Below are positions 53,967 through 64,000 of a stretch of 64,000 bases of DNA, piece by piece; position 1 is the first letter of the stretch, and each line of letters starts with the position of its first letter. Made by a program: the position numbers and the translations under genes. Origin of the DNA: Octopus sinensis (lineage: Eukaryota); NCBI RefSeq assembly GCF_006345805.1, contig NC_043013.1:8804001-8868000 (forward strand). Reading direction: 5' to 3'. The notes under the pieces are model-generated. The model worked only from the letters and a program-made list of their open reading frames with translations, was not told where the DNA came from and searched no databases.

Positions 53967-54629
53967 CTGCAAAAGTTCGAAAGCATTTGATCAGGGATCA
54001 GAAAATTAGCCAAAGGTTTGAGGATAAACAAAATAATCATAAAACAGATACATACGTTTGCCAACTTTCGAGTCACTTCATCAAAGCCAAACTGTTCAAT
54101 TCAGTTTCTTTAAGTAGAATGATGCGGTCTTAACCTCACACCCACACATTCAATAGTGAAGCGCATTGAAGTATAACAGAGGTCATACTGATTATAAAGA
54201 AAAACGGTAACCTTAAACCGAAAGTCAAATCTATTTATCAGGAGGCCGTGACAGCTGCAATTTGCCACTCCTATTTGAGATCATACAATGCATTCTAATC
54301 GTGACAAAACTTAAGAATACACTAGCATGACAGGTCAAATGACAAAATTTGTATACATACGTAATCCAATATACATTCATGTAGACATGCATCCGTACAT
54401 CCATCCATTCATCCGTTCATATATACATACATACATATATACAAACATACACATACATACATATATACATATTCATACACACATACATAAACACATGCTT
54501 ATATACATAGATACATAAATTTATGGATACATATGCATATATAAATACATGAATGCATACGTATATATATACATACGTACATGCTTATATACATACATAC
54601 ATGCATACATACAGACATACATGCATAAT

Positions 54630-55540
54630 CTTTTAACCACCAAATGTCTAAGTGCATCTCTTGACCAGGTTTGCATATATGAGGCTAAGATCATAAGACT
54701 TGGAAAGCGGCTCCTTGAGCAGCATTTCTTGTCTGATAAGCTTAAATACATATCAAAAAAGCCGCACGACTCTACCACGGTATGTCATCAGATGAAAAGA
54801 TGAGCGCATATCAGCAGAAGCCCATGCATGTATATGTGAGTAGGAAGCACCGAGATAATAGTAACATTTGTCATTAAAGCAGTCTATTATAGACCAGCAA
54901 CCAGATTCCTACTTCCCACCTTGACTTGAAGGGTATGCGGTTGCAATCCAGGGATATGAAATATCAAACAAATATACGATGCACAAAAGAAGAGAGATAT
55001 ATGAAAAGCAGTAATATATGACAACCTATGCAGTTGTTCGAAGATGTCATCACAGTATTAGCTATCGATGAGATATGATGTAGTAGCTAGGACATTGTAT
55101 ATAACGAGTTCCGTCGGAAGCATAAACCCGAGAACAAAGAAGAACCCACGGTATGGTAGACACCATATCCACTTATAATAAAAAGGAGTACTGGTGAAAT
55201 GCTCCTCTGGAAACCTCAATAAATTATAAACATATTATATGTGGTATACTCATTTGGGATAGAGAAGAGAGACTGTGTATAGTTGTGGAAGTCAACTTCC
55301 CTGCAGATGTTAACATAAAGCCGAAGAGAAGCGAAAGAGAAAATACGCTGAAAAATAAAATACCTACGCAAAATCTGCAGTTACTCTAATCAGATTACAA
55401 GTTCGTGTTTATAACTGTAATTATTAGGGCACTTGTATATGTAACACAATGCTTAAATACCAATCTTCAGTAATTGGACTTCTCAAACTCAGAAAGAAGA
55501 AAGCTAATTCGAAGACTACAGATCCAAGCAATCAATGGAA
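54630..55540 (+). mobile_element. R4-like LINE 3' remnant (RLE)
   Basis: EGYAVAIQ..; WDREERLCIVVEVNFPADVNI; YKFVFITVIIRAL; KLIRRLQIQAI. Confidence 0.7.
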
Positions 55541-56084
55541 CTCTAAATATCTTATAAAATTTTCCAGAGGCTTATAGTTTAAGTATATATGAGTATGTCT
55601 TGATATGCAAGTATATGCATTGGAATACATACATAAACAAAACATACAAATTTGCACATACACAAATATTTGATTTATATTTTTGAAATTCAAATGAAGA
55701 AGAATTGGTTCTGGGTTAGAATCCGGCTCCTCTATTGTCAAGAAAGCTTGAAATAAAACTGAATAAAACTGAATACTGGCGTACATACATAAATGCTTGA
55801 ATACATACATAAATAGATATATATGCATACACACATGCATACATACAAACATACATACATACATACATACATACATACATACACACATACATACATACAT
55901 ACATACATACATACATACATACATACACAAAAGACACAAATCTGTACGTATACATATATACATACACACAAAAATATCCTGTTGTTGATGCTAAAATTAC
56001 AATGAAAGAGCCTTGGATTTTTGTTAGGAAACCGGCCCTTTCTCTTTTGGCAAGAAATCTTGAAATAAAACTGAATAAGGACAT

Positions 56085-56600
56085 ACGTACATTCTCAAAG
56101 GCTACAGAGCTGCAGTTTGGCCAGAATAAATGTTGCTACATGATTGTGAAATGCGGGAAACTGTAAGCAAGACTAGCAAAATCTCCAACACTGACTTAAC
56201 TGTTTCCTCTATATCTGATGAGGGATGTTACAGGCACCAAGGGGTGGAAGAGAACATATCATACAATGACACATGTAACAACAAATCATGTGTCATTAAA
56301 GAATGTTATAGTCGAATAAAGAACATTTGGACCCAGAACTCAGCATTCAGAAAAAAAAACAGTGACTCAAAATGTATTTGCTGTGCCAATACTCATACCA
56401 ACATTTAGGCTGGTTGGACGCTCGATGAGATCCGAACTATTGATGTGAAAACCCCAAACATGCTAACCAGCAGACACAAGTTCCACACCAACAGTGACGT
56501 ACAACGCCAATACCTAAAACGAAAACAAGGCAGCAGAGGTTTAATATCAATCCAGACTGCCTTTCAATGTCGTATCCCTTCGGCAACATTATTTAAGTGC
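56085..56600 (+). mobile_element. R4-like LINE RT thumb remnant
   Basis: LQFGQNKC; FAVPILIPTF; WTLDEIRTIDVKT; YLKRKQGSRGLISI. Confidence 0.75.
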
Positions 56601-56871
56601 CAAGTATCGACGTGCATCCTCTGAGTCATCAAAGGAGTACTTTGGTGATATTTTTGAGCAGCTGCTAATCTTACGAACGAAATGTTGCGCAGAAACACGG
56701 CATAATAAACAATTTCTTGCAGCTTCAAGAGATCACTATCTCTTTTGTTTGTTAGGTATTTTATCGCAACTTCATTTTCTTGGATTGCAAACGCATTGTC
56801 GTTGTATTGTGATGTGTTGTAGTGGTCAAGATTGCAACAAATGTTTCATGTCCATAGGATTATCTTCCTTC

Positions 56872-57005
56872 AGACGGCGAGCTGGCAGAATCGTTAGCAC
56901 TTCGAGTAAAATACTTAACGGTATTTCGTCCGTGTCTACGCTCTGAGTAGAAAATCCTCTGATGTCGATTTTACCTTTCTTGGCTTCATAAAATAAATAC
57001 CAGTT
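56872..57005 (+). mobile_element. SINE 5' part
   Basis: GGCGAGCTGGCAGAATCGTTAGCAC..GGTATTTCGTC. Confidence 0.7.
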
Positions 57006-57924
57006 TATAATGTTTTTTTATTAAGTCTAGCTGGGGTTTTTTCGTTGTTTTTATTAGAGATACCTCCCAATCCAGACAATACGAACACTCTCACTACAAA
57101 TCCCTATAATTAAAATACCGTTAATTATCTTTCTCTCTGCTGCTCATCTCAGTCATCCTCGACAAGATCGACAGCGATAAAGTGTGCTTTTGGACCACAT
57201 CTTAATAATGTGCTTATGAGTGTGTGTGTGTGCGTGTATGCTTGTATGCATGTATGTGGTTATGAGTGCATATATTTATGTATGGATGTAAATATGTGTC
57301 TGTATGCATGTACGTATTTCTTTTTCTCTTTTTAAATTAGAGTAATTTAGGCCTGAGCAACTACATTTTTTTCTTTATTGCCCTTGTGGCTAAACAAGGA
57401 CTGGCAAAGGGATAGAGTTGATTACATCAACCCTAGTGCGTAACTGGTACTTATTTAATCGACTTATTCCTCCTTCAAGTGTTTTATGCTATCCTCCGTC
57501 CTTGACCTGACCTTCCATCCCTGATAGGGATATTGCTACGAGTTTAATGCTCCTTCAAAATCAAGGAGTGATTGCAAACCAATGAACTACTGATGATTAT
57601 ATTGTAGCTGTACTTGCTGCATTATTGTTCAAGCGTTTGTTAATTAACAGAAATGTCACTGGAGAGTCAAGTTTCCGGAAAACTGTATTTGTGCATTGCG
57701 TCTCTGGCAGTTTTATTCTGCAAATTATGCTTGCTGTAATTTTTAATTGATACTTTTTCTACCCTAATTTGAATTATGCTAGTCTTGAGTAATTGTGATG
57801 TAACCAAAGAACACATTGTAATTTAAACTTCTCCAGGAATATTAATTTAAGCAAAAGGATAGATAAAAGCAAAAGTTTGCAATTCATTGCACTCCTCCCC
57901 TATATATATATATATATATATATA

Positions 57925-58065
57925 TAGATAAACGTTAAAAATAACACAAACTGGGACAAGAACGTGAAACATTTTGAAGACGGCAAAAAAACACACAGAC
58001 GGGACTTTCGAAGCTCTCAGTCATCAGTCAAGAACCAGATCATCTTCGCAATTTCGGCTGATTAA
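57925..58065 (-). mobile_element. Fragment of the 27648-28540 repeat family, after (TA)n
   Basis: GACGGGAC.TTCGAAGC.CTCAGTCATCAGTCAAGAACCAGATCATCTT.GCAATTTCGGCTGATTAA. Confidence 0.8.
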
Positions 58066-59069
58066 GTATAATAAGAGTAAACAATAGCATTAATGGTTTT
58101 TAAAAAAAACAACAATTATTAATTACTGGTAGATTTCGGCATGTAAATATAACCATTAACGGTGGGAACTTCTATAAAAGTTCAATATATATTTTGTATA
58201 TAAATAAAAAAAGGCAGGCAACATGTTGCTCAGCCACATACCGAAAAAATTAGAAATAGCAGTCAAAGACTGTTTATTTCTATTTTCTACAAATAAGACT
58301 CCACATACGACATTTTTTTTACACACAATTTTTTGTACATGATGAAGGGTTTGCCAATTGTTGATGTAGCTCCAAAAAATATATTTGAGCTTCATGTTAC
58401 CCATATATTCATTAGTGAAATATTTCAGTATGTTGGGACTGATAAAGTAGCATGAAGTATCATGAAAGCCCAACTTCTCTGTGCCTTCTGCGTGCTGAAA
58501 GCAGCCCTCTAAAATGGCATGACAATGCTTCTCAATATTTGTAATACTGCCACCTGGCGTGTGTGTTTGTGTGTGTGGTTGGCGCATCTGTACAATGCTG
58601 TCGTGTTTGGCACCGATTTTGGAATACTGTTAAATAGATAATTCAAGTATTTTAAATGTAATATGCGAATAAATTGGTTCTTGTCACAATTCACAACATC
58701 GAAACACACACACACACACACACACACACATAATTTGTATCATAAACCGTGAATCCTCGAAATTTTTCTGAATATATCGCTTTTCCATTTGTAAATTATT
58801 TTCAAATTTTAATAAAGAACGTATGTATCATACTGTCCTGTTTTAAACATTGAAACGAAAATATATAAAAGGAATTTCGAAAAAACTTCAAAAGTAAAGA
58901 CATTGTTGGGGTTGGGTTAGCAAATTAATAAAACTATATTTCCGTAGTTTCTTAATCAGTCTTTTGCAATTAATATCGGAATAGACTATCAAAAACTACC
59001 CAGAAAAACAATTAGTTATAGATTTTTAAATGGAATTCTTTGATTAAAACACCAGCAAGTAGGAGTTAC

Positions 59070-59076
59070 TTTATTT
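59070..59076 (-). CDS. Candidate 7-nt micro-exon Y (A AAT AAA)
   Basis: TTTTTGCAG|AAATAAA|GTAAC. Confidence 0.25.
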
Positions 59077-59086
59077 CTGCAAAAAT

Positions 59087-59384
59087 ATGGGGAATGATTA
59101 CGGAGATGTACTTGCATAGCGAACGACTTGATCTGAGATCGTGTGCTGGAACGAAAACAATTGCAGCGTGGAAGTTGTTTATAAGCCATTTACGAAACAC
59201 ACAAAACCGTTAGATTCACTTCAACATTTAAATTTAATTTGTCAAAATATTTTCATCGCTTTGAAACCGCGACCTGTTCACTGACAAAGATTCGTTGCTA
59301 AAGCGACGAAAATATTTTGACAAATTAAATATAAATGTTGAAGTGAATCTAACGGTTTTGTGTGTTTCTTAAATGGGGAATGAT
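59087..59384. mobile_element. Fold-back insertion with 12-bp target-site duplication
   Basis: ATGGGGAATGAT at 59087-59098 and 59373-59384; 77-bp inverted arms 59186-59262 and 59300-59376; absent from the paralogous block at ~53970. Confidence 0.85.
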
Positions 59385-59698
59385 CACGATTTAAAAAACC
59401 TTTGATAAGGGATCAGAGCGATCAGTTACTGCTTGACGATAAACAACAAAGTCATTAAATATGATAAAAAAGATTCCACTGCCAACATTTGAAGCAGTCT
59501 TTCTAGATTACATGTGAGAGACGCAACACATTCTCACATTTATAAACTCAAACAGAATATCTTCTCAATAACAATCAGTCAACATAATATTGCAACATAA
59601 ATTCGACAAATAAAGTACACGAAACGCATTGAAGTGTGACGTAGCCCATACTAAATGAGTAAATTCGGTAAAATGGGCTTTTGTATACATATATGTAC

Positions 59699-59752
<54 letters not shown>

Positions 59753-59771
59753 TATTTTTAATATTTTTAAT

Positions 59772-60343
59772 ATTCTAGTTTTCTATTCAGGCTAGGTTTA
59801 TTTTCTATTATATGTGTAGCTTCTGTAATTTGTCTAATTGTTGCATCTGTTCTATGTGTGGACAATATCTTAATCTCTATGTTATTGATTGATCCCCCGT
59901 GTTCTTGTTCGGCGTGTTGGTACAGAATCGGTAGAAGCTATCCTTTTAGTAGAACTCTCTGTACGGATAACTATTGCACTGTATGTAGATTTAGCCCACA
60001 AACGAACTGTAAAGCCAGAAATGTGGTCTATAGTATAAGATGTATAGAGGGACGATGCAGTAACAAGACAGTAACATACGTAGGGGAAACTGCAAGAAGC
60101 ATTGGTGAGCGGGTGAATGAACATTGGAGACAACTCAAGGAAGGTAAAAGCTCATCGATTCTGTACCAACACGCCGAACAAGAACACGGGGGATCAATCA
60201 ATAACATAGAGATTAAGATATTGTCCACACATAGAACAGATGCAACAATTAGACAAATTACAGAAGCTACACATATAATAGAAAATAAACCTAGCCTGAA
60301 TAGAAAACTAGAATGGAGCAATAGCGCACACCACAACATATGA
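59772..60343 (+). mobile_element. Penelope-like GIY-YIG fragment preceded by an inverted duplicate of its own 3' part
   Basis: NCKARNVVYSIRC..YVGETARSIGERVNEH..H..EH..RQITEA..LN; 59772-59930 is the reverse complement of 60156-60314. Confidence 0.92.
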
Positions 60344-61071
60344 CAATAGTGGATCCTGCATACATAATAAATACACAGGTAATTAAAGAAATAGAAATGA
60401 ATATCTATATATATGTATATGTGTATATATATGTATATGTATATGTGTATATATGTGTGTGTATATGTATATATATGTATATGTATATGTATGTGTATGT
60501 ATATATATGTATGTATATGTATATTCCTTTTTTTTCCATTAGATTTATTATTATTATTACTAATATTGTTGTTATACATACATACAAGCATATGTAATGA
60601 TAATAATGGGTGGATGTAAACACATGAACAAAATTAGAACAAAAGCAACAACAACAAAAACAAAATACAAATTACAAGAATGTATATAACCAGAAGATAC
60701 AAATATTACAGGCATCCCCCCCACACACACACACTAAATAAACATAGACGCACATAGAGATATAAACATGCGCAAATGAAGACATACAATAGAAATATAA
60801 AATGGCTGACGGTTAGTAAGGAGAGACACAAGTAAGTGAGAAGAAAACAAAGGACCACTGATGCGGTCACAGGAGTGTGACGAAAGAACTTTGGCCGAAA
60901 TAAGATTAAGATTAATGTAAAAAATAAATATCACTGAAGCAAAATAACACCAAATATATAGTGCGTGTGTTTTTATTGGCTAAACTGGCAATATGACCAT
61001 TCCGAAATATAACAATATCTGTTTCAACACACGACTTCACATAAAAAATCTTGCACAACAAATATTTAAAC

Positions 61072-61206
<135 letters not shown>

Positions 61207-61240
61207 GTATATATAGACAGATAGATATATACATAGATAT

Positions 61241-61327
<87 letters not shown>

Positions 61328-61389
61328 TGAAAACATGCACATACGTGCACAAATGTACATACAAATATATTTGCTTATAGCTCTCCGTC

Positions 61390-64000
61390 AATGTTAACGA
61401 CGACATTGTCCTCTAGGAGTCTTATCCTACATTTTGTGAGTTGACCGATGTGAAAACAATTTGATCCTGGAATGGCCTATCCTTGAACGCAGATGACAAG
61501 GGAAGCTGCTCATTATGTTAATGGGGAGTCTGAAATGACGTTGAAGTCTCTTTTCCTCAAGTCTCTCACGTCGGATTAGTTCAAAGTGTGAAGCTCCTTC
61601 GTCGCTGAGGGAACGCCAGATTTGCCGGTTGTGAGCAAAGTATTCAAGTTGTGCCGGTTGAATGTTGCGGGAGTTAAGGACAAGCTAAAGATGATCCCGG
61701 AATCCCATTTTCGGAGGCGTCCAAAGGAGGAGGAGGTGATCCGTCGTAGAACGTCATCGACGATATGTCCATTTTACCTAGGTGGTTAAAAGAGTCAACA
61801 TTTGACAGAAGCGTGTCGTTTATATATAGTTATGTTGCTGGATGTGTTTTTTTTTTATTAAATACGTTTGAATGATCTCGTTGTGTTTTTTATGTTGATG
61901 TTAAGACCCAGACGAATATAGGTTTCATCCATGGCACTTAAGAATCGCTGGAGTGAGGCTGTTTCCTGAGCAGTGGCAGCGGTAACATTTGCATACCGGA
62001 GCTCAAATATCAGTTGATGCTAGAGAATTCGCTTTGAGCCGGTGGGTCTTGAAAATACTGCCATCATAGCGATAACGGGTTCTTATGCTATCGTCGGTAC
62101 TCTGTTGGACCTAGGAGAGGAGAGTTACAGCTATGTAGATGCTGAACAAAACAGGAGTGAGAACGCAACCCTGTTTGACTCCTGGTTTAACTCTAAATTG
62201 TTCTGAAGACGCTCCACCAAGACAGACTCTGGCTAGCATTCCGTTGTGGAATTTGCGGATGAAAGTTAAAGCAGTTGGAGGATAGCCACACTTTCCATAA
62301 AATGTCACAATCAACGGTGTCAAAAGCATTCGTCATATCGAAGAAACCAAAATTCATTTTTGTTGTTCTCTGCATTTTTCGAGAAGTAAGCGTGCACCAA
62401 ATATCAAATCAATTGTGCTCATATAAACCACATTGAGATTCAGGGATGGTGTGGTCCGACACGAAGATAAGAAGATGGCGGAGAATAATGCGTGCAAGAA
62501 TGTTGCAAGACACATCCAGAGGCTTCTGCTGTCACTGCAGTCGGATCGATTGCCTTTTCTTTTGTAAATGCAAATAATGATTGGTATTAATTTTTGTTTG
62601 TTTGTTTTTCCAACAGAGAACTAGGAATGGGTGAAGATATGATGCAAGTTGCGGTCCGCCGTATTTCCAAACCTCTCCAGGGATACAGTCTTCGTCAGGA
62701 GACTTCTTATTCTTTTGGGAGTGCAGTACCTTCTAGACTTCGTCTTGACTGAGTTCAGCTGCTATTTCTTCGATGATTTGAAGTTTTGGAAGCTCATCTA
62801 AAATCGACGTATCTGTCCATCGTTAAGGTTCTTATTGTTTTCTTTAATTAGAGTAGAGCCGTCAGCGATACAGATAGGTGCAATCAGGCAATGCGAAGGA
62901 CCGAAGTTGTCTTTGAACGGGTCCGAGAGTTCATAAGTTTTCTTTTCTTCAGCGAATTGTTGGATCTTTTCGGAGTTGCGGAGCCACCAACCATTCTGTG
63001 GGGCCTCAGCCCTAAGGTTATGCTAGTTTGGGACTAAGAAATGAAGATTTGCGAGGTGGGCGTTATGAGCACGGTTTTTCGCCTGCAAAAGGGGTTGGAT
63101 AATGTCTGCATTATCCAACCCCTTGAGTTCTTCATGTGGGATTTTCCAATAGTGGGTTCAGAGTGGGTGTGTCGAATGATGGAGAGCGCAGAGTTCCAGA
63201 GTAAGTTGAGTTCATTCTGATTCTGTTCGACCTCGATTCCTTCCCTATGTTATTTTCCATATTGCGAGGGAGTTCTTGTAGAACTGGAAGAACTAGAACA
63301 ACTGGGCAGACAGTAGCGACGTTTTTTTGTTTTTGGAGCTCAGTGTGTTTTGTTTTGGAAACACTTTTGCTTTTTCTGGCCGGAGGGCGGATTTGAAGAC
63401 ATAGGTGCGCGCATCGTATGGGGATCAGCCTAACATTCTGCACCGCGCTTGTATTTGATGTAGAAGGCATCGTTCTGATCATTTTGACGAACACTCACGT
63501 AATTGAGGAGATGCCATATCTTGGAGCGAAGGTGTATCCTTCTCCAAGCTGAGTGTAGAGACTGGTAGAAGGCGTCTTTAGTTTCTTCATTAATGCCTAA
63601 CGTCGGGGAATGTACACTGAAGATAGTGGCATGTACTTTGTTACTGAGGAGAATTCGAAAGGTCATCTGCCGTTCAATTATATCGGTTGAAATCGAAGAG
63701 ATGTTCTCCAGTAAAGACCAACGGACAGCAAATCCTGCACTATGAATTCTATTTTTGATTTGAAAAAGTCCTTTCCAGAAGTATATGTATCTTTCATCAA
63801 CTTCAGTGAGAGATCCGTCATCAGAGAATTTTGTTATGCTGAATGCATATCCACATTGCACCCTTTCAGTTAAAAGGCGATGAGCGCGGTCCTAAGGTTG
63901 GGTCGATCGTGGTCATCACGGTCAATCAAAGTTCGTATATTCCATGTAGCAAAAAATGAGAGATTGTGATGGTTTTCTTATTAATCTTCGACCGCAGTAT
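61390..64000 (-). mobile_element. RTE/BovB-like LINE, degraded, internally deleted, runs off the window
   Basis: APE (YFWKG..GFAV..ERQMTFRI..SVHSPTL), RT (AFDTV..GVKQGCVLTPVLF) and 3' (NRQIWRSL..HLRSRIG) segments. Confidence 0.88.

Overview
AT-rich, microsatellite- and transposon-dense animal genomic DNA. The SINE, LINE and Penelope spectrum looks like an octopod cephalopod; this is an inference from recognised repeat families, not a database result. There is one 100-N scaffold gap (832-931). Nearly all long ORFs in the track are simple-repeat artefacts or TE remnants: R4/Dong-like, Tx1/L1-like, RTE/BovB-like and HERO-like LINEs, Penelope-like elements with minimal hammerhead motifs, tRNA-type SINEs, fold-back elements and a near-intact DD34D mariner. 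Among them is a minus-strand spliced gene that the ORF track cannot see. Six tiny GT-AG exons of 41-56 nt, spread over 34 kb (37496 to 3294), alternate phase 0>2 and 2>0 and join into a stop-free 98-aa low-complexity peptide. They form three tandem copies of an A-B exon pair whose intron flanks are better conserved than the exons. A diverged ~7.8/13.3 kb duplication (1928-9731 vs 23446-36743) also copies a candidate 3' cassette (exons B, C, D), giving two possible gene ends. I do not recognise the protein family. The gene's 5' end is not identified; two candidate 7-nt micro-exons lie further upstream.
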